NCBI GenBank assembly: GCA_034667725.1
Contig: JAXDQS010000011.1
Span: forward strand, 1 to 56,687
Direction of reading: 5' to 3'
Length of the DNA: 56,687 bases
Origin: Thermoplasmata archaeon
Lineage (GTDB): Archaea; Thermoplasmatota; E2; JACPAO01; JAHFTW01
Below the pieces are notes generated by a model. It searched no databases, was not told the origin of the DNA, and saw only the letters and a program-made list of their open reading frames with translations. Of this stretch, positions 34,443 to 43,678 are shown in pieces. The translations under genes were made by a program, and so were the position numbers. The first letter of the stretch is position 1. Each line of letters starts with the position of its first letter.

Positions 34443-35183
34443 ATGTCGGGTGTCCGCGGCCCCCGCCGCAACTGGTTCGTGCTGGCCTTCGTCGCCCTGG
34501 TGGCCGCCGCCGTCGTGGCCCCCACCGGCCTGGGCTTCAGCACCGGCATCACCTCCGACAACGCCGGCGTCGGCGACTTCGAGGCGTTCGGCTGCACGGC
34601 CTGCCACGGCGAGCAGCACAAGTTCCAGCCGCTGGACAACACGGCCATCACGTTCCGGGTCGTGGGCGCCGACGGCGCGCCCGTCAACGGCCCCTACACC
34701 AAGGAGGCGACCTACACCATCGCCATCGCGCTCGCCGAGGCCAACGCCCCCACCGAAGCCAACCACGCCGGCTTCAACCTGCGCGCCAGCGGCGGCACCC
34801 TGTCCGCGGTCGAGGGCCAGTCCAAGGTCGCCGGCGACGGCACCCAGGCAACCCACGTCGGCCCCGGCCGCACCTCCTGGAACGTCACCTGGAAGGCCCC
34901 GGCCAGCGGCGCCGTCAGCTTCCGCCTGTTCGTCAACGACGTCGACGGCGACGGCAGCCCCTCCAAGACCGACCAGGTCCGCCAGGCGTTCTTCGGCCTC
35001 ACCGACGAGGCCGGCGCGGCCCTGGGCGCCCCCGAGGAGCCCAAGGAGGTCCTCTACGGCATCTCCCTCCAGCAGTACTGGATCGGCCTCATCGCGCTGG
35101 CCGGGATGCTGTTCATCATGCTCGCGGGCTACGTCTACCTGAAGTACGGCAGCCCCCACAACACGGACGCCAAGGACCGGTGA
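34443..35183 (+). CDS. membrane-anchored c-type cytochrome candidate with Reeler-like domain
   Basis: Signal peptide, GCTACH heme motif, GFNL...WNVTWKAP...NDVDGDG, C-terminal TM; first gene of the bc cluster. Confidence 0.75.
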   Translation: MSGVRGPRRNWFVLAFVALVAAAVVAPTGLGFSTGITSDNAGVGDFEAFGCTACHGEQHKFQPLDNTAITFRVVGADGAPVNGPYTKEATYTIAIALAEANAPTEANHAGFNLRASGGTLSAVEGQSKVAGDGTQATHVGPGRTSWNVTWKAPASGAVSFRLFVNDVDGDGSPSKTDQVRQAFFGLTDEAGAALGAPEEPKEVLYGISLQQYWIGLIALAGMLFIMLAGYVYLKYGSPHNTDAKDR

Positions 35184-35187
35184 CCAG

Positions 35188-35595
35188 GTGTCCGGCCTCG
35201 AGATCCAGACCGGGAAGGTCCCCGGCACCGAAGTCCGGCGCACCCCCGCGCCCCGCCCCGCCGTCGTCGGCCTCATGATCCTGGGCCTGGTCGCGGTGCA
35301 GTTCCTGTTCCTCGGCCTGGTCGGCATGGCCCTCTGGCAGAACCTCATCGCCGACGAGAAGGCCGGCATCCCGCACGCCAACAACGCCGCCGCGCACGAC
35401 CCCGCCATCACCGACGCCCCGCTCGGCACCATGCTGATCAACGAGCAGACCATCGTCTCCTTCTGGATCGCGGGCATCTTCTTCAGCCTCAGCGCCGCGC
35501 TGTTCCTCTACCAGCGCTACTTCCGCGACCACGTCACCATCGTCAAGAAGCGGTTCCGCAAGTGGGAGGACGAGGGGGTGCAGCTCCATGGCTGA
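35188..35595 (+). CDS. two-TM membrane protein in bc-complex cluster
   Basis: Two TM helices; GTG start 4 nt after the upstream stop. Confidence 0.7.
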   Translation: MSGLEIQTGKVPGTEVRRTPAPRPAVVGLMILGLVAVQFLFLGLVGMALWQNLIADEKAGIPHANNAAAHDPAITDAPLGTMLINEQTIVSFWIAGIFFSLSAALFLYQRYFRDHVTIVKKRFRKWEDEGVQLHG

Positions 35596-35699
35596 GCGAG
35601 CGGCGCGAGCGAAGACGGGGGCTGCAGCCCAGGCGCGCGCAGCGCGGGCCGGACCTTGCGGGCCGCAGGCCCGCAACGGGGGGGTGCAGCTCCATGGCT
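35574..35699. repeat. 20-bp direct repeat flanking an 86-nt hairpin insert
   Basis: GGGGGTGCAGCTCCATGGCT at 35574-35593 and 35680-35699; internal TTGCGGGCC-GCA-GGCCCGCAA. Confidence 0.85.
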
Positions 35700-36473
35700 A
35701 AGGGCCCCTATCCCTACGAGCCGACGCCGCCCCACCCGGGCGAGCGCCAGCCGGGCAGCGAGTCGCTGCTGTCCCGCCGCAGCTTCATCCGCAACATCGT
35801 GCGCATCGGCGTCGCGGGCGCCGTCATCCCCGGCACGCTGACCCAGCTGCTGCCCGCCGTCGCCCCCGCCGGCGCCGGCGCGGGCGCCGCCGGCCCCGTC
35901 ATCAAGCGCGACCCCAAGACGAACGCCAAGACGCCCATCACCATCAAGGACCTGGGCAACGACCCCGTCGTCGGCGAATGGGGCTTCCTGCCCGCCATCA
36001 TCTACCGCGTCAAGGCCTCCAAGCTGGAAGGCTCGACCAAGCAGCGCGGCTACAACACGGGCCAGTTCGCGGTCGCGGACCCCGTCGACCCCAGCTTCGC
36101 GATCATGGTCTACCGCGGCAAGTGCAAGCACCTCGGCTGCACCGTCGGCTGGAACGGCGGCCTCGGCGCCTCCAAGGACATCGAGGACTACGACGGCGAC
36201 GGCGTGCCCGACGGCCGCATCCTCTGCCCCTGCCACCAAGGCCAGTACGACATCTACGACCTCGCCAAGAACGTCCCCGGCACCCCGCCGCCGGCGCCCT
36301 TGGACGTCATCCGCATCACCATCGGCGACTTCAACGACCCAGACGGCAAGATCGCGTCCGCGACCGGCGCCATCATCGGCACCGAGGTCCTGGTGCAAGG
36401 CGCCTACCTCGACGCCAACCAGGAAGGCAAGGGCGGCGCCTACGTGCTCGGCTCCCAGGCGGGCGTGGTCTGA
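35694..36473 (+). CDS. Rieske [2Fe-2S] subunit of bc-type complex
   Basis: Tat motif SRRSFIR, CKHLGC and CPCHQG. Confidence 0.93.
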   Translation: MAKGPYPYEPTPPHPGERQPGSESLLSRRSFIRNIVRIGVAGAVIPGTLTQLLPAVAPAGAGAGAAGPVIKRDPKTNAKTPITIKDLGNDPVVGEWGFLPAIIYRVKASKLEGSTKQRGYNTGQFAVADPVDPSFAIMVYRGKCKHLGCTVGWNGGLGASKDIEDYDGDGVPDGRILCPCHQGQYDIYDLAKNVPGTPPPAPLDVIRITIGDFNDPDGKIASATGAIIGTEVLVQGAYLDANQEGKGGAYVLGSQAGVV

Positions 36474-37309
36474 TGGCCGACCCCGTTCCCCCCGCACCGG
36501 CGGCCCCCGCGGACCCGCGCCAGCACAAGAAGGGCAAGCGCGCCTACGAGCAGCTTGCCAAGGAGAAGAAGCTCGGCCTGTTCGCGCGCGTCTACCTGAT
36601 GACGCTGGCCTACCTCGACGACTCCATCCGCATCCGGAACCACATCGACGCGGCCAAGGCGGCGTCGCTGTCGATCCAGCGCCAGCTGCCCCGCAGCCAC
36701 ACCGAACGCTACAAGCTGCGCACCATCTGGTACTGGTACCCGCTCTACTGCCTCGGCGGCCTCGCCTTCATCTCGTTCCTGATCCTCACGATCTCGGGCG
36801 TCGTCCTCGCGCTCTACTACATCCCGCACTACGAGCCGCAAGAAGTGTTCGCGGCCCGCGACTCGGTGCAGTTCATCATGGACAAGGTCACGCTCGGCTA
36901 CGTGCTGCGCGGCGTCCACCACTGGGGCGCCCACCTCATGGTCGCCTGCGTCTTCCTGCACATGATGCGCGTCTACTTCGTGGGCGCCTACAAGAAGCCC
37001 CGCGAGCTGAACTGGGTGCTGGGCGTCGCCCTCATCGGCATCACGTTCTTCTTCGCCTACTCGGGCTACCTGCTCCCCGCCGACCAGCTCGCCATCGCGG
37101 CCGCCACCATCGGCCAGAACATGTTCGGCAGCATCCCCGTCCTAGGAGAAACGCTCGCCAAGATCATGTTCGGCGGCACCGACATCAACGCCGGCCTCAT
37201 CCCCCGCATGTACGTCCTCCATGTGTGGATCCTGCCGTTCGTCCTGTTCGGCCTCATGGTCCTCCACATGTTCATCGTCTGGCTCCAAGGCATGGCGGAG
37301 CCCCACTGA
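36473..37309 (+). CDS. cytochrome b (b6-like N-terminal part)
   Basis: LGGLA..SGVVLALYY, RGVHHWGAHLM..LHMMR, RELNW, SGYLLP, YVLHVW..LH. Confidence 0.95.
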   Translation: MADPVPPAPAAPADPRQHKKGKRAYEQLAKEKKLGLFARVYLMTLAYLDDSIRIRNHIDAAKAASLSIQRQLPRSHTERYKLRTIWYWYPLYCLGGLAFISFLILTISGVVLALYYIPHYEPQEVFAARDSVQFIMDKVTLGYVLRGVHHWGAHLMVACVFLHMMRVYFVGAYKKPRELNWVLGVALIGITFFFAYSGYLLPADQLAIAAATIGQNMFGSIPVLGETLAKIMFGGTDINAGLIPRMYVLHVWILPFVLFGLMVLHMFIVWLQGMAEPH

Positions 37310-37318
37310 GGTGCAACC

Positions 37319-38038
37319 ATGGGCAAACTCGCGGACCTGACCAACCTCTACGTCGCCACCAAGGTCAAGCTCGAGACCTCGCGCCCCGTCAAGCGCCAGA
37401 AGGCCGTCGAAGGCACCACCCTCGGAGACGAACTCATCCGCGACGGCGTCCTCATCGCCTTCATGGTCGGCGCCATCTTCCTGCTCATCGCCATCGTGCC
37501 GCCGCCGCTCCACCACGGCTACGACATGACCAAGCCGCCCAAGTACGTCAAGCCAGACTGGTACCTGCTCTGGTCGCTCGGCCCCATCTTCTTGGCAAAG
37601 TGGGCCATCCCCAACCCCGGCATCCCGTTCCTGCCCGACCCCTTGATCAACACGAAGTTCCTGGGCACGATCTTGGTGAACGTGGCCTTCATCGCCTTGA
37701 TGCTCGTGCCCTTCATCGCGAAAGGCAAAGCAAGGCGTCCCATCGAATCGCCCTTGAATGCCGCCATGGGCGTCTTCGGCCTGGCGTTCATCTGGTGGAT
37801 GTCCATCGTCGGCATCGCCGACATCCTGTTCGCCTACGAAGTCCAGCCTTACCACGGGCACGTGCATTGGCTGCTCGAGACGCAGAAAGTCCCCGACCCA
37901 GGCGAACTGATCAATTGGTTGGGTGTGCTGAGCTTACAGCAGACTTTGTTGTGCACGTTCTTGACATACTGGTTGATCAAGAGGCACAGGCCGAAGTACG
38001 AAAGCAAGCTGAATGCGACGTATTTCAAGGTCCGGTAG
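37319..38038 (+). CDS. cytochrome b C-terminal / subunit IV-like protein
   Basis: KPDWY (PEWY variant), LVPFI, several TM helices. Confidence 0.85.
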   Translation: MGKLADLTNLYVATKVKLETSRPVKRQKAVEGTTLGDELIRDGVLIAFMVGAIFLLIAIVPPPLHHGYDMTKPPKYVKPDWYLLWSLGPIFLAKWAIPNPGIPFLPDPLINTKFLGTILVNVAFIALMLVPFIAKGKARRPIESPLNAAMGVFGLAFIWWMSIVGIADILFAYEVQPYHGHVHWLLETQKVPDPGELINWLGVLSLQQTLLCTFLTYWLIKRHRPKYESKLNATYFKVR

Positions 38039-38099
38039 CGCCCCCGCTCCCGCTCGCGTCTGACAAGTCTGAAGTGCAACTCATTGGGTGCGTGTTTCC

Positions 38100-38555
38100 A
38101 TGACGCGAACCCTGGAGCACGAAGCCGAGTACCCGCACCCCATCGACAAGGTCTGGCGCGCCCTCACCGAGCCTGAGTTGATGGGCCTGTGGATCATGAA
38201 CTTCGACCAAGACCCGGGGGAAATGAAGACAGATTTCCGTCCCGTCGTCGGGGCGGCGTACCGGATGGATGCGAAGCGCGGCCGTGGCTGGCGCGGCTAC
38301 GTCGTCGGCAACGTGCTCGAGGTCGTCTCGGACCAGCGCCTCGTTTACACCTGGGCCCACAGCCCCTACCAGGACGCGAACCCGGCGCGCGTCGAGTTCA
38401 CGCTCCAGCCCACCTCGAAGGGCACCCGCGTCCGAATGATCCAGACCGGATTCCCAGGCGTGAAAGGCTGGTTCGTCCTCAAGGGCGCGCAGCTGGGGTG
38501 GAAGAAGATGCTCGGCTCTGGGCTGCTGGCCGTGCTCGACAAGCAAGGAAAGTGA
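38100..38555 (+). CDS. SRPBCC/AHSA1 domain protein
   Basis: HPIDKVWRALTEPELM..W, RLVYTW, GTRVRMIQTGF, GW. Confidence 0.85.
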   Translation: MTRTLEHEAEYPHPIDKVWRALTEPELMGLWIMNFDQDPGEMKTDFRPVVGAAYRMDAKRGRGWRGYVVGNVLEVVSDQRLVYTWAHSPYQDANPARVEFTLQPTSKGTRVRMIQTGFPGVKGWFVLKGAQLGWKKMLGSGLLAVLDKQGK

Positions 38556-38558
38556 CCC

Positions 38559-39233
38559 GTGCGGAAGATCACCGTAGGCGCGATGGTCTCCATGGACGGC
38601 GTCATGCAGGCGCCCGGCGGGCCCACCGAGGATCCGTCCAAGGGCTTCAGGTTCGGCGGCTGGCAGATGCCCTACTTCGATGCGGAGTTCGGCGAGGAGC
38701 TGGACCGCCTCTTCAAGGAGGAGTTCGACCTCCTGCTGGGCCGCAGGACCTACGAGATTTTCGCCGCGTACTGGCCGTACGCCGACGAACATGCGCCCCA
38801 CGGCGGCATCGCGAAGCTGTTCAACGGAATCAAGAAGAACGTGGTGTCGCGGTCGGGCGAGGTCGACACGGGCTGGCAGGGCTCGGTGCTGCTTCGCGAC
38901 ATCGCCGCCGTGAAGCGCCTGAAGCGCGAGGATGGCCCCAACCTCGTCACGCAGGGGAGCACGGAACTCGTGCACGCGCTGCTTGCCGACGACCTGGTCG
39001 ACGCGATGAGCATCTTCACGGTGCCGGTGGTTCTCGGCGGCGGCAAGAGGCTGTTCGCGGACGGCTCGGCGCCGCATTCGTTCAAGCTGGCCCGTTCGCG
39101 CGTCTCGTCCACCGGCGTCATGATCGGCCACTACGAGCGCGACGGCGAGGTCAAGGTCGCCGACGGCACGCTCGGCGTCGACCCCAGCAAGCGTGAGGTC
39201 GCCCGTCGGCAGCGGATGAGGCGCGAAGGCTAG
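38559..39233 (+). CDS. dihydrofolate reductase / RibD C-terminal family protein
   Basis: SMDGVMQAPGGP.ED, LLLGRRTYEIFAAYWP, GSTELV, PVVLGGGKRLF. Confidence 0.9.
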   Translation: MRKITVGAMVSMDGVMQAPGGPTEDPSKGFRFGGWQMPYFDAEFGEELDRLFKEEFDLLLGRRTYEIFAAYWPYADEHAPHGGIAKLFNGIKKNVVSRSGEVDTGWQGSVLLRDIAAVKRLKREDGPNLVTQGSTELVHALLADDLVDAMSIFTVPVVLGGGKRLFADGSAPHSFKLARSRVSSTGVMIGHYERDGEVKVADGTLGVDPSKREVARRQRMRREG

Positions 39234-39330
39234 CCCGCATCCAAGGAGCGCATTCCATCCGCTTTGGCCGCCCTTGGTCCCGTCAGCCCCCCTCGACAAT
39301 CCTTAAGCGTCCCTTCGACCCCCCGGCCCT

Positions 39331-40752
39331 ATGCACCCGTTGCGTCCCTTCGCCGCGCTTCTGCTTCTGGGAGCCTTGGCTTTCGCTGGCTGTGTCACCC
39401 CCGACCCGGAGCCCACGCCCGACTTGCCGTCCAAGCCGTTCACGCCCTACGTGCCCTTCGTGACCATCGTCCCCGAGGACGTCATGTCGTTCACGCAGTC
39501 GGTCGTCACCCCTGCCCAGGGCATCGCGTCAGACCTGTACGAGCCGACGATGGAGGTCTCGCAGACCGGCACCATCTACGTGGCGGGCCACGTCATCGGC
39601 GCGGCCACCACCGGCACGCCGGCCTACTTCAGCAACGACGGCGGCGCCACCTGGGCCCCGCTGCCGTTTGCCGGCCCCGCCGCCGCCCCGCCCCCGCTGC
39701 AGGGTTCCCAGCCGCCGCCTGGCGACGAGGGCTTCCTCGTGGCTGGCGACAACGGCGAGGCCTGGATGGCGGACATCTACGCCGCCGGCTTCTCGGTCAC
39801 GGGCTGGTGCAACGACGGTGGCGAGCAGTGCTACGACAACCGCTACGCCTACGACCGCACCGCCGCCGTGGACGCGCCGTGCCGGCCGGTCACGAGCCTC
39901 AACGACCGCCCCTGGGCGGCCTACGCCAACGGCACGCTGCTGCTGGTCAACAACCCTGGCGGCGGCCCGATGCAGATTGGCGTCATGCAGGTCCCGCCCG
40001 CGACACCGGTCGGCCTGTTCGACCCTGTCACCGGCCCCGTCTGGAACCTGTGCGCCAGCCCTGACGGCTGGATTCCGGGCGTCCCCGCCATGCGCGGCGA
40101 CGGCTTCTTCGCCGTGCCCCAGATGACCGGCAGCGGCGCGCAGGAGCGCCTCACCGTCGTCACGGGCAACGCCGCCGACATCTTCGACGTCCAGGTCCGC
40201 GACGTGTTCCACGTCTCGAGCGCCTACGGCGGCACCAGCAACGGTGGCCGCACCGCGTTCGGCACGGACGGCACGCTGTTCGTCGGCGCCTACAACAACA
40301 CCAAGGGCGCCAGCGTGGACAAGATGGAGGGCCGCTTCATCCTGGCCGCCACCACCGACGACGGCGAATCGTTCGTCAACGTGACCTTCGTCACGGGCCG
40401 CCCGGTGCGCTCGCTCTACCTCGACAGCAACATGAACGGCCCCGGCGCCCTCGTGACCTGGTCGCAGCTCGGCGACACCGCGGACACCAGCGACTGGTTC
40501 GTCGCCCACGTCTTCGTCGGCCCGAACGGCGAGCCCGTGCTGAAGAACATCAGCCTCGCCGTCAACGAAGGCCCGCACTCCTCGGCCCACGTCATGGGCG
40601 CCTCCGCCGGACCCGACGGCCGCGCCTACTTCGTGAACTTCCAGGACTCGGCGGACCCCGCGGAGTACCTCGGCAGCAACCCGATCAGCGTGTGGATCCA
40701 GAAGGACGGCCCGACGCTGCCGGTCGCGATGGACGCGGTGGCTGCGGCCTAG
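39331..40752 (+). CDS. lipoprotein with Asp-box (BNR/sialidase-like) beta-propeller
   Basis: FAGC lipobox; SNDGGATW and TTDDGESF; NDRPW; CTTAAG box at 39302-39307. Confidence 0.75.
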   Translation: MHPLRPFAALLLLGALAFAGCVTPDPEPTPDLPSKPFTPYVPFVTIVPEDVMSFTQSVVTPAQGIASDLYEPTMEVSQTGTIYVAGHVIGAATTGTPAYFSNDGGATWAPLPFAGPAAAPPPLQGSQPPPGDEGFLVAGDNGEAWMADIYAAGFSVTGWCNDGGEQCYDNRYAYDRTAAVDAPCRPVTSLNDRPWAAYANGTLLLVNNPGGGPMQIGVMQVPPATPVGLFDPVTGPVWNLCASPDGWIPGVPAMRGDGFFAVPQMTGSGAQERLTVVTGNAADIFDVQVRDVFHVSSAYGGTSNGGRTAFGTDGTLFVGAYNNTKGASVDKMEGRFILAATTDDGESFVNVTFVTGRPVRSLYLDSNMNGPGALVTWSQLGDTADTSDWFVAHVFVGPNGEPVLKNISLAVNEGPHSSAHVMGASAGPDGRAYFVNFQDSADPAEYLGSNPISVWIQKDGPTLPVAMDAVAAA

Positions 40753-40929
40753 TTCCAGCCGATCGGCGCCAGGACCTGGGTCCAGCCCATAGTTGAACCG
40801 CGTGTCCGGTGCGGGCGTGGCTTGCAAGGTCCCGCGACGATTCCTCCTCCTCTTTCTTCCTGGTTCCTCGCCGCCGATGGCGCCTGCACGCCGCCGTCCT
40901 TGGCCCATGTCCCCTCGAAGACCGGGGGC

Positions 40930-42042
40930 ATGGCCTTCGTGCTGGGAACCGTCCGCCTTGCGGCCTTGCGGTTCAAGTCGCACCGCTTCAACCCGCGCGA
41001 GCCGAGCGAGCAGCGCGTCCTCGAGCTTATGGACAGCGTGCGGCGGCTGTCGCTGTTGAACCCGCTCGTCTGCGCTTACTTGGCTCCCGACGAGCGCGGC
41101 GCGGACGACGACCTGGTGGTGCTCATCGATGGTCGCCACCGCCACGAGGCGCTGGTCCGCCTGGCCCAAGAAAACCCCGAGTGGGCGGCGCGGGCCCGCG
41201 TGGACGTCAAGGTCTACCTCGGCCTGTCGCGCAGCCAGCTCCTGGTGCTGGCGACCTACCTCAACCGCAACCGGGCGGCGCTGAAGAAGGGCGAATACTA
41301 CCAGAGTGTCGCGCGCATCTACGACGAGCGCGCGCGGGAGCTTGCCCGCCGCGGCGCGCCGCCCACCGAGCGCGCGGTCTTCCGCGACCTGCATGGCCGC
41401 GAATTGGCCAACCGCGACTTCGACCTCAGCATCGGCCGGCTGGTCGGGCTGGCGGCGTTCGCGCGCCAGCCGCAGCCGTCGTGGTGGCCGCTCGTGGGCA
41501 GCCACCAGAACCAGTTGCTCGGCCCCGAGTCCAGGATGCAGGGCTTCGCGCCGCTGACGGCCGGCAACCTGGCCGAGCTGCTGCGGCCGCTGTGCCGCGA
41601 CCGGCCGTACGACGACACGGGCGCGTCGCGGCGGCAGGAGCTGCGCAACGTCCTGCGGCTCGGCACCGTGTTCCGGCGGCATTGCCTGGCGCCGTTGGCC
41701 GACCGCGCCGCCAGCCGCACGAGCGTCGCGTGCAAGCACTGGATGGTGGCCGCGTTCGGGCGCATCCTCGCGGCCTCCAGCCTGTTTCCGGCCGCGCCCG
41801 CCGTCGCGCCGTTGGCGGGGCGGTTCGTGGACTGGGGCGCGGTCGACCTCGTCGTCCAACACTATGGCGACGTCGCGGAGGAGCAGGCGGCCGTCGTGGC
41901 GAACTACCGCGCCACCAGCCGGGACGAGTTCCTCGCCAAGGCCTGGAGCCACCAGACCCAGCGCGACCAGGTGGCGGTGCCGTTGCTGCGGGAACTGCAG
42001 CGGCGCGTGCCGCCCGACCGGGTGGCGTTCAGGTCGCCTTGA
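40930..42042 (+). CDS. DGQHR/ParB-like domain protein (DndB/DpdB-related)
   Basis: NPLV...LVVLIDGRHRHEAL...VKVY...LN pattern of the DGQHR/ParB-Srx fold. Confidence 0.65.
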   Translation: MAFVLGTVRLAALRFKSHRFNPREPSEQRVLELMDSVRRLSLLNPLVCAYLAPDERGADDDLVVLIDGRHRHEALVRLAQENPEWAARARVDVKVYLGLSRSQLLVLATYLNRNRAALKKGEYYQSVARIYDERARELARRGAPPTERAVFRDLHGRELANRDFDLSIGRLVGLAAFARQPQPSWWPLVGSHQNQLLGPESRMQGFAPLTAGNLAELLRPLCRDRPYDDTGASRRQELRNVLRLGTVFRRHCLAPLADRAASRTSVACKHWMVAAFGRILAASSLFPAAPAVAPLAGRFVDWGAVDLVVQHYGDVAEEQAAVVANYRATSRDEFLAKAWSHQTQRDQVAVPLLRELQRRVPPDRVAFRSP

Positions 42043-43642
42043 CCATGAGCCGCGGGACTTGGGCGAGGTCGTCGACCACGTTGTCCGAGAACGACTGCAC
42101 GACGGGCCCGAAGACGTTCATGTACGGCTTGTTCGGCAGGTAGGCGATGCTGCGCGCGTACTTCTTGTGGATCACGTTGAGCACGTTCGCGGTGCGCAGC
42201 TTGAGCTGGTTGCGGTGGATGTCGCTGACCAGCCGCCCGAGCTGGAAGTCGTAGGCCATGATCGCCGGGTGGCTCTCGTGGGTCCAGTGGACGGGTCCGT
42301 AGAGGCCGCTCAGGGTGATGCGGTCGAAGTCGCGCCCCTCAAGGAGCCCTTCGTCGGCAAGCTGCTGGAGGACCAGGCGGTGGGTGCGGCTGTCCTTGTA
42401 GGGTCGCGTCTTGGAGCAGCCGAGGATCAGGAGGTTCTCGGAGCGCGGCTTGTATTGGCGCACCGGGAAGTCGTAGGTGGTCGCGGCCGGCGCCTGGATC
42501 GTGGGAGCGGTCGTCGGCGCGCGGGCCCTCATGCGCGCCGGCGGGATTTCCAGCCGCAGCCGCCAGGAGCCAAGGTTGTGCAGCCCGACCAGGGCGAGGA
42601 TGTCGGAGCGGTTGACGCGCTCGCCGGCCTTCGCGGACGGACGGTAGGCGGGCTTGGTCATGAGCTCGTGCACGAAGTCCGGCTCCAGCTGCTCAAGCCG
42701 GTGGCACGCGGCGCACGCGCACGCCAGCCGCTGGTGCGGGTCGTACTCCTGCCACCGCATCGTCTCGGGGTCGAAGACGCGCATCCGGAACGCCTTCTGC
42801 ACCCAGCTCGAGTTGTCGAACGAGACGGCGCGCGGCTTCCGGAGGCCCGCCGCGATGCGGCCGGTGACGCCCTCGCCGATACCGAAGGCGTGGAACGGCA
42901 CGTCGTCGCCGGCCTTGCGGTCGAGCCACGCCAGCACCTTGTTGGCGTTGGCCGCGACCATCTCGGGCCGCGACGCCAGCGGCACTTGGCTGCCGAGCGC
43001 GATGCCGACGTCGTCGCGCTTGAGCCAGCCCTTGGGCAGGGCGGCCTCCAGGCGCTTGAGATAGGCGGCCACCTCGTCCGGGTTGCGGCCGTGCACGACG
43101 GCGTACGCCCGGGTGCGGAAGCCGATGCTGTCGGTGTGCTTGGCCAGCCATGCCGCGTTGCCGATGCTCACCTTCCGGAGCCGCTGGGCGTCGGCGGGCC
43201 CGACCTTGGGCCCGATGGGGCTGTCGAGGCTGGCAAGCCGTTGCGGCCGGTACTTGGCCTGCAATTCCAGGATGTGCTCCGGCTTGACCTCCAGGCCCCA
43301 CTTGCTGAGGTCCATCTTGTCGGCGTGCAGCAGCTGGAAGCCGCCGCTGTCCACGAACACGTCGCGCCGCTCGCCGAAGGTCTGCCGAATCTCGTGGGCC
43401 AGGCGGGTGGCGTCGCCGTGGTCCTCGCACCAGTCGTCCCACGCCGCCAGGCTCAGGTTGTAGGTCGTGAAGTGGAGGCACTGCACCATGACGCGCGGGG
43501 CGTCGCTGACCGAGGCCAGGTGGCGCTTGACGAGCTTCCAGACGCCGCCGTTGCGCGCCAGCCCGGGCGGGCCCGTGAGCAGGTGGACGACGGGGAAGAA
43601 CGCGACCGGCGCGTCGGCGGCTTCGGCCTGCGTCCCTCCCAT
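42029..43642 (-). CDS. tRNA-guanine transglycosylase-fold protein fused to an ArcS/DUF5591-like domain
   Basis: VDSGGFQ, SLD.P, VVHG, IALG, HAFG, SFDNSS, CACAAC...HNL zinc site; C-terminal LGCSKTRPYKDSRTH...LSGLYGPV...YD. Confidence 0.85.
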   Translation of the reverse strand: MGGTQAEAADAPVAFFPVVHLLTGPPGLARNGGVWKLVKRHLASVSDAPRVMVQCLHFTTYNLSLAAWDDWCEDHGDATRLAHEIRQTFGERRDVFVDSGGFQLLHADKMDLSKWGLEVKPEHILELQAKYRPQRLASLDSPIGPKVGPADAQRLRKVSIGNAAWLAKHTDSIGFRTRAYAVVHGRNPDEVAAYLKRLEAALPKGWLKRDDVGIALGSQVPLASRPEMVAANANKVLAWLDRKAGDDVPFHAFGIGEGVTGRIAAGLRKPRAVSFDNSSWVQKAFRMRVFDPETMRWQEYDPHQRLACACAACHRLEQLEPDFVHELMTKPAYRPSAKAGERVNRSDILALVGLHNLGSWRLRLEIPPARMRARAPTTAPTIQAPAATTYDFPVRQYKPRSENLLILGCSKTRPYKDSRTHRLVLQQLADEGLLEGRDFDRITLSGLYGPVHWTHESHPAIMAYDFQLGRLVSDIHRNQLKLRTANVLNVIHKKYARSIAYLPNKPYMNVFGPVVQSFSDNVVDDLAQVPRLMVKAT

Positions 43643-43678
43643 CGAGGCGTCCGAGCCGGTCGCGGGATTTAGCCGCCG

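Noticed and set aside
39307-39352. 11-bp direct repeat GCGTCCCTTCG
   Set aside because: Short spacing, second copy inside a signal-peptide coding region, no internal structure; probably chance
42029-43642. Calling this gene canonical archaeosine TGT (tgtA) or dpdA
   Set aside because: Lacks a recognisable PUA/tRNA-binding C-terminus and the usual N-terminus; subfamily cannot be fixed without phylogeny
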